64,000 nt of DNA from Terriglobia bacterium (GCA_965223005.1 CBDCVK010000002.1:256001-320000); one strand, 5' to 3'; positions 37,427 through 47,793 are shown, numbered from the stretch's first letter. The notes: generated by a model from the sequence alone, not told the origin. Translations and numbers: made by a program.

Positions 37427-39865
37427 GTGCTACCCCGATCCTTAGGAGATGCGTGTCGAGTTGTGGAGTGGGCACATCCCATAGCCTCTAGAGTTTCACT
37501 GCACAGACGGGTTTCTCACTTTGTCGTAGTTCATCTCTTGCCCGAGCGTTCCGCCACCGAAAGGTGGTGGGTCAGAGCGTCTTCCCGGTTGCTCGCTTGT
37601 TGCTTCTTGACTCTCGGACCACCTTTGTGGGCGCAGGACGACGCGGCGCGGGTGCGAACCTTGCCCCAGATGACAGCCTATCGACTCGACGCAGCTCCAC
37701 GGGTCGATGGCTTGGTGGACGAGGAGTGGATGCGGATGGAGCCAGCGACCGATTATGTCCAGCAACTCCCCGATGAGGGGCAACCCGCAACAGAACGCAC
37801 GGAAGTGCGGATCGGTTACACGCAAGACACGCTCTATGTTGCTGTGATCTGTTTTGACTCGGAGCCGGAATCCATCGTCTCTACTCAAGCACGGCGGGAT
37901 GGCTTGCTGGAAGAGACCGACTCCTTTGCAATGTTGCTCGATACTTATAACGACAATCAGAATGGGTACATCTTCGCTACGACCCCCTCCGGCATTGAAT
38001 ATGACGCTCAGATCGTTCACGGAGGCCAGAGTCGAGGTACCGGTGGACCGGTCCGGGCTGGCGGAGGCGGGGGGAGCGGGTTCGGCGGCGCGCAGCGAGG
38101 TGGGGCTTCATCCTTTAACCTAAATTGGGACGGGGTATGGAAGGTTCGGACGCAGGTCACCACACGGGGTTGGGAAGCCGAATTTGCCATCCCCTTTCGC
38201 ACGCTTCGTTATGATTCGGGGTCAGGTCAGGTGTGGGGTGTTAATTTCAGACGCAACGTTCGCCGAAAAAATGAGCAGAGTTTTTGGGCCCCGGTCTCGC
38301 GAGGCTTTCAACTCCACCGCGTTTCTCTGGCAGGTGAGCTACACGGCCTGGACGTTCGATTCCGACGCAATCTCCAGATTATTCCCTTTCTCATCGGCGG
38401 CCTCCAACAGGACTTCTCGCAGGGTCCAGCCCGGAACGAAGCGGTCGGCGATATTGGTGTGGATCTAAAGTACACCTTGACCTCCAGCCTTACCCTGGAC
38501 GCAACCGTTAACACCGACTTTTCACAGGTGGAGGTGGACGAGGAACAGATCAACTTAACTCGGTTTGACCTTTTCTTTCCTGAAAAGCGTTCCTTCTTTT
38601 TGGAAAATGCCGGCTATTTTAATGTGGGGACGCCTCGCGAAGTGGAACTTTTCTTCAGCCGCCGGATTGGGATCGACCCCTCGGAAGTTCAGATCCCTAT
38701 TCTGGGAGGTGTTCGAGTGTCAGGCAAACACCGGCGGTACAACATCGGCTTCCTCAACATGCAAACGGAAGCCGAAGCAGGAATAGCGCCGGGAAACAAC
38801 TTCACCGTTGCCCGGCTGGCGCGGGAATTCGGGACTCGGAGCTCGATAGGAGTGCTAGCCATCAATAAAAGTGCCACCGGTGGAGAAGCTGGTTCAACTT
38901 TTACTAATAGGTTTAACCGAACGTTTGGGGTGGACGCCAACGTTGGGCTGGGTAAGCACCTGACCCTCTTTAATTATGTGGCAAAAACTCAGACGCCTGG
39001 CGTGCAGGGTCGCGATCATGCAGCCAGTTCGGAGGCTAGATACGATTCAGACTTGCTGGACTGGCAAGCGGGCTACACAGAGGTCGCCGAGGACTTTAAT
39101 CCAGAGGTAGGGTTTGTCCGTCGGGTGGGCTATCGGAAGCCCTCCTACGCCGTTTTTTTCAGCCCCCGTCCCAAGAATAGCCGCCTGATTCGAAGGTTTT
39201 GGCCCCACCATTCCTGGCGGGGCTTTTACCGGTTCGATGGCGAACCGGAGTCCGTGTTCCGCCATAACGACTTTCGAGTTTTCTTCCAGAATGGAAGCTC
39301 CGTCGGGCTGGCTTACAATCAAAATCTTGAACAAATTTTCGAACCTTTTGAGATCTCCCCTGCAGTGATCTTGCCCGTGAGGACATACAAATTCAACAAT
39401 TGGGTTCTCACTGCCGAATCGGACGAGAGCGCACGTTTGTTTGCCGGGGCTGACTATTCCTGGGGAGAGTTTTACTCGGGCCACATCAAGACGCTCAATC
39501 TCAGGACCGGAATTCGCTCCACAGACAAATTCCTGCTTTCCACACGCTACATTCGCAATGACGTCACCTTGCCGGTGGGCGACTTCACCACTCATCTTGC
39601 AATCCTTCAGTTTAACTACTCCTTTACGCCTAAGAGCTACATCCAGTCTCTTATCCAATACAACAGTACAATCAATCAGATTGGGGCCAATATCCGTTTC
39701 GCGTTGCTACGAACCAGCAACACGGGGCTCTTCGTGGTCTATACCACCCGGTTCGATACCACTGGCTTTGACCCTCATGACGGCCCTCTCTTAACCCCCC
39801 GAAGCCGCCGCCACACCCTGGATCGCGCCCTGATCGCCAAGTTCACGTATTTGTTCGATTTTTAA
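37427..39865 (+). CDS. DUF5916 / CBM9-like outer-membrane protein (true start probably ~130 nt downstream)
   Basis: PRVDGLVDEEW, GWEAEFAIPFRTLRY, NTDFSQVEVD, RFDLFFPEKRSFFLE, LFFSRRIG, C-terminal KFTYLFDF. Confidence 0.82.
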   Translation: MLPRSLGDACRVVEWAHPIASRVSLHRRVSHFVVVHLLPERSATERWWVRASSRLLACCFLTLGPPLWAQDDAARVRTLPQMTAYRLDAAPRVDGLVDEEWMRMEPATDYVQQLPDEGQPATERTEVRIGYTQDTLYVAVICFDSEPESIVSTQARRDGLLEETDSFAMLLDTYNDNQNGYIFATTPSGIEYDAQIVHGGQSRGTGGPVRAGGGGGSGFGGAQRGGASSFNLNWDGVWKVRTQVTTRGWEAEFAIPFRTLRYDSGSGQVWGVNFRRNVRRKNEQSFWAPVSRGFQLHRVSLAGELHGLDVRFRRNLQIIPFLIGGLQQDFSQGPARNEAVGDIGVDLKYTLTSSLTLDATVNTDFSQVEVDEEQINLTRFDLFFPEKRSFFLENAGYFNVGTPREVELFFSRRIGIDPSEVQIPILGGVRVSGKHRRYNIGFLNMQTEAEAGIAPGNNFTVARLAREFGTRSSIGVLAINKSATGGEAGSTFTNRFNRTFGVDANVGLGKHLTLFNYVAKTQTPGVQGRDHAASSEARYDSDLLDWQAGYTEVAEDFNPEVGFVRRVGYRKPSYAVFFSPRPKNSRLIRRFWPHHSWRGFYRFDGEPESVFRHNDFRVFFQNGSSVGLAYNQNLEQIFEPFEISPAVILPVRTYKFNNWVLTAESDESARLFAGADYSWGEFYSGHIKTLNLRTGIRSTDKFLLSTRYIRNDVTLPVGDFTTHLAILQFNYSFTPKSYIQSLIQYNSTINQIGANIRFALLRTSNTGLFVVYTTRFDTTGFDPHDGPLLTPRSRRHTLDRALIAKFTYLFDF

Positions 39866-39871
39866 CCCAGG

Positions 39872-41683
39872 CTAGTCGTCAGAAAGGAGTAGACGCCGTA
39901 AGGTGGGCATCGGGAGCGCCCCTTCGGCCAGCGCCCGATCGTGGAAGTGCTTCAGGGAAAAGGCATCGCCCGCCGCGGCGCGCGCCTCGTTGCACAACCG
40001 CAGCCATTCCCGCAGTCCAACAAAGTAGGTGGGCAATTGCGCGGAGGAGAGCATGGCGCGCCGAAGTTTTTGTTCGGCTTCAGTGCGCTCCTGGAAGGTG
40101 TCTTCGATCATCAAGTCCATCGCCTCCTGGTCGCTCATGTTTCGCGTGTGCATACGCACGTCGAGGATGGCGTTGGCAATGGCGCGCAGTTCTCCCTTCA
40201 TTAGGGTCAACAGCAGCTTCGGGTTCACCTTCTCGCCCGGCCTGGCTAGGTAGCCTTCTTCTACCAGCACGCGAGTGATGTAGACGGCCCAGCCTTCCAC
40301 ATAGGGCGTATTCCCAAACACAGCGCGCACGAGCCGGCGCGTCTTGGGCTGGACTTGGTTGGCGTGTTCGAACTGGATGTAGTGCCCGGGGATGGCCTCG
40401 TGGATGCTGATCAGCCGCAGCATGTAGTTGTTGTACTCGCGCAGTTTGGATTCAGCGCGCTCCCTCGGCCAGTCAGAAGGGATGGGCGTCACCCAGTAGA
40501 AGGCGCCCAATTCCGGCTGTAACGGCGGGGCAGGCTGGAAGCCGGCCACTGCGTAAATGCCGCGCATGAACTCGGGCGTGTCAATCACCTGGAGGTTGTC
40601 GCGCGAGGAAAGCGTGACCAAGTCCTTGCGGCGCACAAAGTCGTGCAGCTCGTCCAGTTGCCGGAGGATGTCCGGCTTAAGGCGGTCAGCCTCGACGTGC
40701 TCGGCGGCGATCTTGTCCAGCACCTCGCGGATGACCGCATTCTCTCGCTCCTTTCCCTTCAGGTCCGCGTGGTCGGGGTGTCCCGAGTAAATCTGTTTGT
40801 GCAGGGGCAGCGCCACACGCAACATCTCGGCGCGGAGCCGGCGCAGTTCCGCCTCCGCGTCGGCCAGCACCTGGTCGGGGGAAAGATCGGTTTGCAGAGC
40901 CAGCCGCAGCTTGGCCCGGTATTTTTCCTTGCCCAGGCGCCAGGTGCCAGTCGAGCGGTGGGCCAGGTCCTCCTTAAGAAAATGGCTGAACTCTTCGAAC
41001 GCCTTCAGGGCCGGGGCGGCTGCGGCGTCGTAGCGGGCCTTCAGCTCTGCCGGCACCTGCGAGGCTATCGCTTGCTCGACCAATCCTACGTTGCCTTCGT
41101 TCTCTTCCAGGGCGACCTTGGTATAGATTGGGTCGGTGTCCACCAGGTTCTTCCGACCCTGGCGCAGTAGCTCCGGAATACGGCTCAGGCGGGCGATGAT
41201 GTGCCGGAAGCGCTCCTGCTTGGGTGCATACTCCAGAACCATGGGCAGGAACAGAGCAGTCCCGGCCAGCTCCACGTAGACGGTCGGGTTGTGGCGGTAG
41301 TTCTGGATCGTCTCCAGCTCGAGCAGGCTCAAGGCGATCTGGTCCTGGATCAGGTCGTAATCGGCCCGGTCCTCGGCATTCAGCGCTTCGCGCTTCACCT
41401 CTTTCTGGAATCGTTGCCGGTAGCGCTTGAGCGTAGCGCGCTGCTTCTCAAGCCCGGCGCTGCTCATGTCCTCCAGCAATTCATCGAGCTGGACTTCGCG
41501 GCCTGTTTTCGGGTCCTGGTAACGATGGAATCCGACCTGAGTGGCGGAGGTGGGGGACAGCGCCAGTACCTCTTCCAGGAAGCTCTGGGCCAACGCAGCG
41601 AACTTGCGATCAGCAGCGGCTAGCGGGGTTGTCATGGCACAGCAGAAACACGCCAGCAGAAGGGGACTCCAGAAGAACCGCAC
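39872..41683 (-). CDS. DUF885 domain-containing protein
   Basis: SPTSATQVGFH, HEAIPGHY, YVEGWAVY, QLPTYFVG, FHDRALAEG. Confidence 0.9.
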   Translation of the reverse strand: MRFFWSPLLLACFCCAMTTPLAAADRKFAALAQSFLEEVLALSPTSATQVGFHRYQDPKTGREVQLDELLEDMSSAGLEKQRATLKRYRQRFQKEVKREALNAEDRADYDLIQDQIALSLLELETIQNYRHNPTVYVELAGTALFLPMVLEYAPKQERFRHIIARLSRIPELLRQGRKNLVDTDPIYTKVALEENEGNVGLVEQAIASQVPAELKARYDAAAAPALKAFEEFSHFLKEDLAHRSTGTWRLGKEKYRAKLRLALQTDLSPDQVLADAEAELRRLRAEMLRVALPLHKQIYSGHPDHADLKGKERENAVIREVLDKIAAEHVEADRLKPDILRQLDELHDFVRRKDLVTLSSRDNLQVIDTPEFMRGIYAVAGFQPAPPLQPELGAFYWVTPIPSDWPRERAESKLREYNNYMLRLISIHEAIPGHYIQFEHANQVQPKTRRLVRAVFGNTPYVEGWAVYITRVLVEEGYLARPGEKVNPKLLLTLMKGELRAIANAILDVRMHTRNMSDQEAMDLMIEDTFQERTEAEQKLRRAMLSSAQLPTYFVGLREWLRLCNEARAAAGDAFSLKHFHDRALAEGALPMPTLRRLLLSDD

Positions 41684-41860
41684 GGCGGACCTCGAACCAG
41701 CAGGCGTAGTTTGCGACGGGCAATTATAGCCCAACAGGTCGCCGGGGACAGCGCCTTTCCTGGCCGCACGCCTTGCCGCATGTTAGATGTTGTTACTACG
41801 CGCGCGAAGATTTAGAATGCCGGGCATGGCGGGAGAGGCTGCTGCCGAAAAGGAGGAGTT

Positions 41861-42940
41861 ATGAAACCGGCAAGATCAACTCGCTTGATCCGCTCGATCC
41901 TGGCGCTGCTGACATCGGTTGCCTGGCTGGTCGCGCTCACAGGCTGTCAACCGGCACCTGAGGCGCCAACGCGTCCGGTGGAGGAGAAGGCGGAGTGGCC
42001 GGAAATCGCCGGGTACGCGAAGATGGTCGTCCCCACCGACAATCGCATGACCCCGGCCAAGGTGGCGCTGGGCAAGCAACTCTTTTACGACCAGCGACTG
42101 AGCGGCGACGGCTCGCGGGCCTGCTATTCCTGCCACCTGAAGGAGCACGGCCTGACCGACGGGAAGCCCACCGCCATCGGCGCCTACGAGAAAAAGTTGT
42201 CGCGAGCCAGCCCGACCCTTTGGAACATCGGCTACCACTCCGAGTTCTACTGGGACGGCCGCAGCAAGTCGCTGGAGGCCCAGGCGATGGCTGCCTGGCG
42301 AGGCGGCAACATGGGCGCCTCGGGCAAAGACGAGCATCCCAGCGTCGAGGACATCTCTGCGAAGCTGAACGAAATCCCGGAGTACGAGGAACAGTTCATG
42401 AAGGTGTTCGACGAGCCAGCCACTCCGGTGAATGTGGTCAAGGCCATCGCCGCCTTCGAGCGCACCATCGTCAGTGACAAGTCCGCCTGGATCCGGTTCC
42501 GCGCTGGCGACGAATCCGCCTTCAGCGAGGAGGCCGGCCGCGGCTGGCAGCTTTTCAGCGAAAAAGCCCAGTGCACTAACTGCCACGACGGCCTGCTGCT
42601 GACCGATCTGCAATACCACAATGTTGGCATCGGCATGGGAAAACGGAAACCGGACGTGGGCCGCTTCAAGGTAACCAAGGAGAAAAAGGACACGGGCGCC
42701 TTTAAGACCCCGACGCTGCTGGATGTCAGCAAGTCGGCTCCCTATTTCCACGACGGCAGCGTGGCCACTCTGGAAAAGGCAGTGGACTTGATGCTTCGCG
42801 GCGGCAAGAAGAACAAGTACCTGGACCGCACCAACCTCGAGCCGGTGAAGCTGACCAAAGAGGAGAGAGCAGATCTGCTGGCTTTCCTGCAGGCGCTGGA
42901 CGTGGACTACGCGATCATGCCACCGTCTTTGCCTAAGTAA
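41861..42940 (+). CDS. Diheme cytochrome c peroxidase/MauG superfamily lipoprotein
   Basis: AGGAGG RBS, lipobox LTGC, CYSCH and CTNCH, YWDGR, FKTPTL, APYFHDGS. Confidence 0.9.
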   Translation: MKPARSTRLIRSILALLTSVAWLVALTGCQPAPEAPTRPVEEKAEWPEIAGYAKMVVPTDNRMTPAKVALGKQLFYDQRLSGDGSRACYSCHLKEHGLTDGKPTAIGAYEKKLSRASPTLWNIGYHSEFYWDGRSKSLEAQAMAAWRGGNMGASGKDEHPSVEDISAKLNEIPEYEEQFMKVFDEPATPVNVVKAIAAFERTIVSDKSAWIRFRAGDESAFSEEAGRGWQLFSEKAQCTNCHDGLLLTDLQYHNVGIGMGKRKPDVGRFKVTKEKKDTGAFKTPTLLDVSKSAPYFHDGSVATLEKAVDLMLRGGKKNKYLDRTNLEPVKLTKEERADLLAFLQALDVDYAIMPPSLPK

Positions 42941-43186
42941 GCGCCCAAGTGCGCGAAGTCGGTCACTTCGCCGTCCGCAAACGAGGCCCAGGATTCCAAA
43001 GGCAACTCGCGGTTTCCGAAACCGCCGGGTCACCAATTCTGCGTCTCCGCTCGCCGATGTTCCGCCCGACGTTCCTCGTGGCGACTCCTCTTTTCCGGCG
43101 GCGCCGCGCTGGCTTCCGCAACACTACGTCTCAGCTTCCGGCCTCCGGTACGCGCGTCGGTTTTGTGCTAGAATGTTTTATGAGCT

Positions 43187-43765
43187 ATGCTTTACACTCG
43201 CGACTATGTTGCGTATGTCTGCCGCGAGTTGATCGCCCGACTGGCTAAAAGCCACCTCAAGCTGGGCTCTCCCGAAATCGTCAGCCAGAAGGTTCGCGAG
43301 GCGGTCACCAATGAACTCAGCGCCGAGGACCGGCTCAACGACGAAGTGCGCGCGCTGCTGGAGCGCTACGCCAGCGAGATGCGCTCCGCCGGCGCCTCCT
43401 ACGGCGAGAGCTTCAAACGGGTGAAACGGCAACTGATGAAAGAGCGCGGCGTGGTGGCGGCCGCGGTCCGCGACAGCGGCGAGAGCACCCGAATTTCCCA
43501 CGACAAGATCACCAAACTCTCCCACGTGTTGGTCAACACGCTGGCTAATCTTCGCAAAGAGGTGGAACTGCTGGGTGAGAAGAACGACGTGCGGCTGGAA
43601 ATCGTTCGCCTGTTTACTGAGTTGTTCCGCGCGGAAGAGAAGATGGACCGCAGCGCCCGCCAGAAAATCCTTTCCCAGAAACGTGCGATTCCGGAAGGCA
43701 GCCAGGAGTGGGACATCCTCTATCGCAAGTACTATGCGGAAGAGATGAGGAAGATCCGGGTCTGA
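43187..43765 (+). CDS. DUF507 family protein (two fused DUF507 domains)
   Basis: EDRLNDEVRALL...YGESFKRVKRQLMKERG followed by ISHDKITKLSH...IPEGSQEWDILYRKYYAEE. Confidence 0.78.
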   Translation: MLYTRDYVAYVCRELIARLAKSHLKLGSPEIVSQKVREAVTNELSAEDRLNDEVRALLERYASEMRSAGASYGESFKRVKRQLMKERGVVAAAVRDSGESTRISHDKITKLSHVLVNTLANLRKEVELLGEKNDVRLEIVRLFTELFRAEEKMDRSARQKILSQKRAIPEGSQEWDILYRKYYAEEMRKIRV

Positions 43766-43978
43766 GCAGTCTTCCCGACTACGCAGGCGCCCGGGAGAAA
43801 TCCCGGTACCGCGTAACGCAAGAAAGCAAAACCGGGCGCAGCCGCGTGGAGTGGGGTCTCCCGGCCGGCCCAAACACGGCGAGCCCTAGCTCTTACTGAC
43901 CTTGAGAAGGAAGGGACAGGCGCGATGTCCTGTCTTCACGCGGGCACGCGATGCTTCGCGTAGTTTGGCCCCGAGGTC

Positions 43979-44980
43979 CTAGTCTCGGCGCTTCAGCTTG
44001 GGTGGCCGGTCCCCGTCGTCCTCTTCGCCTTCGTCTTCTTTCCTACCCTTCTCGTCTACCGGACGGGTATCGGCGGTAGTGGACTTGCGAAGGGTGGGAC
44101 GGTCGCTCTTGCGGTCCTCCAGGCGGCGACGGTAGTGGATTGCCTCCAAACGCAACCTGACTTCGTCAAACTCCGAGGTGGTCACCAGGTGCTCTTCGCG
44201 GTCCGGCAGCCCACCCATCTGCCGCTGCGTGCGGGCAATTCGATCCGGAGTCTGGGGATGGGAGCGGAAGGCCTTTGCCAGAAAGCCAGGGCGCTTCTTC
44301 TCCTTGGCTTGAATCTTCTCGAAGAAGGTGACAAACCCCTGGGGATCGTAGCCGGTCTTGTACATGTACTGCAACCCCAGAAAATCCGCCTCGCGCTCGA
44401 AGCCGCGCGAGAACTTCAGGAAGCCCAGCGGGACCAGAAGGCTGGCCGCCCCGCGTGCTCCGTACCCGATGCCGCCGCCAACGAAGATCAACGGGAGGGT
44501 GAGAAGCTGGGTCAGCTGCCCGCGGGTGGCTTGCCGGGTTCCGTGCCGCGCGGCTACGTGCGCAATCTCATGGGCCATCACGCCAGCCAGTTCGGCCTCT
44601 TCCTCCGCTTCCAGGATCAGACCCGAATTGACGAAGAAGAAGCCGCCAGGCAGTGCGAAGGCGTTGATTTCTTCCGCGTCGATCACCTTAATGGTGAACG
44701 GCACCTTGGCGTCTGAATTGCGGACGAGGTTCTGCCCAACCCGGTTCACGTACTCGGCGACCACCGGATCATTCACGATGCGCGACTGCGATTCCACTTG
44801 CTGCGCCAGCGATTTGCCGATGGCGATCTCCTTCTCCAACGAGTACCAGTTCATACCCTTGCCGACGTCGCGTTCGCCGATCTTCTCGATGTCTTTCTTG
44901 TCGTCCTTCTTACCAGCGACCGCGGGCAGCGGCAAAGCCAGGACGAACACAAGCAACACAGAAAGCAGCTTACGGTTCAT
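43979..44980 (-). CDS. M48 family metalloprotease (BepA/YfgC-like)
   Basis: Signal peptide; NAFALPGG, LAGVMAHEIAH (HExxH), FEREAD, SHP. Confidence 0.92.
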   Translation of the reverse strand: MNRKLLSVLLVFVLALPLPAVAGKKDDKKDIEKIGERDVGKGMNWYSLEKEIAIGKSLAQQVESQSRIVNDPVVAEYVNRVGQNLVRNSDAKVPFTIKVIDAEEINAFALPGGFFFVNSGLILEAEEEAELAGVMAHEIAHVAARHGTRQATRGQLTQLLTLPLIFVGGGIGYGARGAASLLVPLGFLKFSRGFEREADFLGLQYMYKTGYDPQGFVTFFEKIQAKEKKRPGFLAKAFRSHPQTPDRIARTQRQMGGLPDREEHLVTTSEFDEVRLRLEAIHYRRRLEDRKSDRPTLRKSTTADTRPVDEKGRKEDEGEEDDGDRPPKLKRRD

Positions 44981-45333
44981 AAACCGGCTCCTTGCAGCTA
45001 TCAATAACATTATACCAATTGAGGCCGGCCGCGCCTCTATTCTATTAAACGCTATAGCGGGGGTAAAAGTTTCGCTGATTCACTCGCGAGGGGCGGTCCA
45101 GAAGTCGCGTGCAGGAAGCCAAGTTAAACACCCGTAGAGACTTGCAGCCTAGATGCCAACTTCAGCCCTGGGCCTTTTGGGCCAGGGCCCCCTTCGGGGA
45201 ACTGGCTCCCTATCGAAGTGCATCGGGCCGACCGGGTATGGTATACAGGACCCCAACTTGGCTCTTGATCCCGACATCGCTCGCTCGCGCAATGCGATAA
45301 CTCAGCCTCTGCCTTGAGGAATGATCGCGGACG

Positions 45334-45921
45334 GTGATGCGCATTCTAAGAAAACTGTACGACTGGGTCTTGCACTGGGCGGAAACTCCCTACGGCGCGC
45401 CCGCGCTGTTTCTGGTTGCCTTCGCCGAATCCTCCTTCTTGCCCATCCCGCCCGACGTACTGCTCATTGCTTTGGGGCTGGCGCTCCCGAGAAAGGTGTT
45501 CCGCTATGCCCTGATTTGCACAGCGGGCTCCGTGTTGGGTGGGGCTTTCGGATACCTGCTGGGATGGCAGTTTTGGGAGCTTGCCAAAGACATCTTGTTT
45601 CACTACGTGAGCCCCGAGAGCTTCGACGCCGTCCGCAAGTACTTCATCCAGTATGAGGCCTGGGCGGTGGCCATCGCCGGCTTTACCCCGATTCCCTACA
45701 AGGTGTTCACCCTGACCGCAGGATTTCTGAGGGCCGACTTTAAGGTGTTTCTGGTGGCTTCGGCGCTCAGCAGGGCAGCTAGATTCTTTCTTATCTCGGC
45801 CCTGATCTACAAATTTGGCCCGGCGATTCGAACCTTCATAGAGAAGTATTTCAACATCCTGACGGTCCTGTTTGCCGTCCTGTTGATTGGTGGATTCATC
45901 CTTCTGAAGTACGCGCTTTGA
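45334..45921 (+). CDS. DedA/YqaA (VTT domain) membrane protein
   Basis: AFAESSFLPIPPD, GSVLGG, GFTPIPYKVF, SRAARFF. Confidence 0.9.
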   Translation: MMRILRKLYDWVLHWAETPYGAPALFLVAFAESSFLPIPPDVLLIALGLALPRKVFRYALICTAGSVLGGAFGYLLGWQFWELAKDILFHYVSPESFDAVRKYFIQYEAWAVAIAGFTPIPYKVFTLTAGFLRADFKVFLVASALSRAARFFLISALIYKFGPAIRTFIEKYFNILTVLFAVLLIGGFILLKYAL

Positions 45922-45923
45922 CA

Positions 45924-45994
45924 GAGATTCCTTGGACCAACAAAGGGCATCGGTCCTCGGAATGACATGCGGCGGGGTTTTCGGCACCCTGCTA
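45924..45994 (-). repeat. TGTCATTCCGAG...GAATCTC-type extragenic palindrome next to an IS/MITE-end-like motif
   Basis: Minus strand TGTCATTCCGAGGACCGATGCCCTTTGTTGGTCCAAGGAATCTC hairpin, preceded by TAGCAGGGTGCCGAAAA. Confidence 0.5.
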
Positions 45995-46104
45995 AAGAAG
46001 ATCGCCGGCTGGGGGTTCACCTACACCCGAAGCGCGCTGTGCCTCTCCCACTGCCTCCCTGAACTGTAGTAGACTATTCCCCCAATTCCGCGGGGAGGGA
46101 ACTG

Positions 46105-46320
46105 ATGGCCGTCAGCAACATACTTCTTGGGCAGGTTTGGAAAAAGGACGCCACCGGGGACAATTATCTGGTTACGAAGCTCTACTCGGAAGCCTTTTCT
46201 ACCTACGCCATGCTGCGAGGTGTCAACGGCGACGAGGTGCTCAGGATCAAAGTGGGCAAGAGCGGGGAAGGCGCCGGTTTGAAAGGTTTCACCTACACGC
46301 AGGAAAGCGCGGACTTCTAA
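46105..46320 (+). CDS. Small hypothetical protein
   Basis: GGGAGG RBS; 71 aa beta-rich, LLGQVWKK...YLVTKLYSE...GFTYTQES; coding-like codon use. Confidence 0.75.
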   Translation: MAVSNILLGQVWKKDATGDNYLVTKLYSEAFSTYAMLRGVNGDEVLRIKVGKSGEGAGLKGFTYTQESADF

Positions 46321-46432
46321 CGGGCTGCTCGGACTTGCCCGGCCGCCACCGTGAGGGAGCGACCCCCTGAGCCTCTCGGCAATCTGCCGCAATGAGCCAT
46401 AGTTAAACAGCTAAGAAGTGAGCGGCCAGCTG

Positions 46433-47695
46433 CTAGCGGACGGTAATTGTGCCGAAGCCGAAGCTGCTGACACCGCCGACACGCCAGCGCACCAGATGCT
46501 GGCTAGGCCGCAGCCCGGCGGGCACGATGGCGTTGACTTGATAGATGCCGGCCACACCCGGCGCCAGACCGGCGAATGTTACCTCTGCCCGGCGATCCCC
46601 CATGAATACTTCGGGCGGTATCAGCACCCGTGCCGGAGGAGAGGCCGGCGCGGGGATGCCCGCCGGGATAAATGGCTCGGTAGGGCCCAACCCAATCCCA
46701 TAAATCTCCAGTGACTCGCCGGCTACCGCTGGGTGGTCCGGGTCGGCAGGCACAGAGGTACCGGCGTGGAACGCTGCCGCCTGCGCCCCGGTCGGCCTCA
46801 CAGTGCCGCCGTTTTCCGGGGTTTCCGAGGGGAGGATGAAGATGGCGGGAGCGAACGTTGTGACTTCGACGGCGGTCGCAGCCGCCAGCGTGCCATCGGC
46901 AAAGCGGAGCTGGAAGGCGGCGGGCCCCTCGGGAATCTCCGGCGGTAGTTGCGCGTTCAGCTGCCAGGGTGTGACGGCCAGCAGCGGGGCGGGTCGCCCG
47001 TTCACCAGGAGCGAAACGCCGGCCAGCGATTCGGGCAGGGGAAAACCGTCCGCTAGGGTTAGGGCATCGGGCGCAAGGTTGAGCCCGTTGTCGCTGATCA
47101 CTCGTTGCGGAGCGGGCGCCAGCGCTCCGCTGAACACCGGCAAACGAAGCTGCCCGCTGCCGTCCGCGTTGACCAGGTAGAAGGGCTGCTGGCGCCGCGC
47201 CAAATACAGCACTTTGGAGCCGTCGGGGGAGATGTACGGGCTGTCCAGGCAGGCGAAAAAGCAGTTGAGCCAACCCACCTGCAGGGGCTGGATGCAGCCC
47301 TCGGTGTCCACGACCACGATACGATCCGTGCCGGTGGCCATCTCGACCACATGCACTTGCTCACCGGAGGGCAGCAACGCGGTAAAGGCAGCCCGCGCGC
47401 CATCGGGTGAAACCGAGACGGCCGTGGCACCCTGGGGAGGCTGTCGCCCGCTCGGGAGCTCGGTAAGCCTGCGCAGCCCCGTCCCCTCAACCGTGGCCGC
47501 GTACAGGTCCATCACGAGCAGCGTGGCGCCTTCCGGGCTTACGGTTGAGCCGAACACTACCATACGCCCCGAACCGTCCACGGCAGGGGCCAGCAGGGCA
47601 GGCGAGCGTCCCAGGATCAACGGACGCCCAGTCCCGTCCTGCGCCCGCAGCGCAAGCGGCCACAGCAGCAGTGCCAAGCCAAGGAATCGGATCAT
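46433..47695 (-). CDS. Secreted TolB-like propeller plus acidobacterial TIGR03437-type C-terminal domain
   Basis: Signal MIRFLGLALLLWPLALRA; SVSPDG/ISPDG repeats; LPESLAGVSLLVNG, QLNAQLP, LEIYGIGLG, FAGLAPGVAGIYQVNAIVP. Confidence 0.8.
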   Translation of the reverse strand: MIRFLGLALLLWPLALRAQDGTGRPLILGRSPALLAPAVDGSGRMVVFGSTVSPEGATLLVMDLYAATVEGTGLRRLTELPSGRQPPQGATAVSVSPDGARAAFTALLPSGEQVHVVEMATGTDRIVVVDTEGCIQPLQVGWLNCFFACLDSPYISPDGSKVLYLARRQQPFYLVNADGSGQLRLPVFSGALAPAPQRVISDNGLNLAPDALTLADGFPLPESLAGVSLLVNGRPAPLLAVTPWQLNAQLPPEIPEGPAAFQLRFADGTLAAATAVEVTTFAPAIFILPSETPENGGTVRPTGAQAAAFHAGTSVPADPDHPAVAGESLEIYGIGLGPTEPFIPAGIPAPASPPARVLIPPEVFMGDRRAEVTFAGLAPGVAGIYQVNAIVPAGLRPSQHLVRWRVGGVSSFGFGTITVR

Positions 47696-47793
47696 CCCTA
47701 CCGCCCACGGCATCTTCAATTTCTTTACCACCCGGAAAGATCCTTGTCCGGTTGGTGTCCGGTTAGTATCGTCCACGGCCAGTCGGTAGCCTG

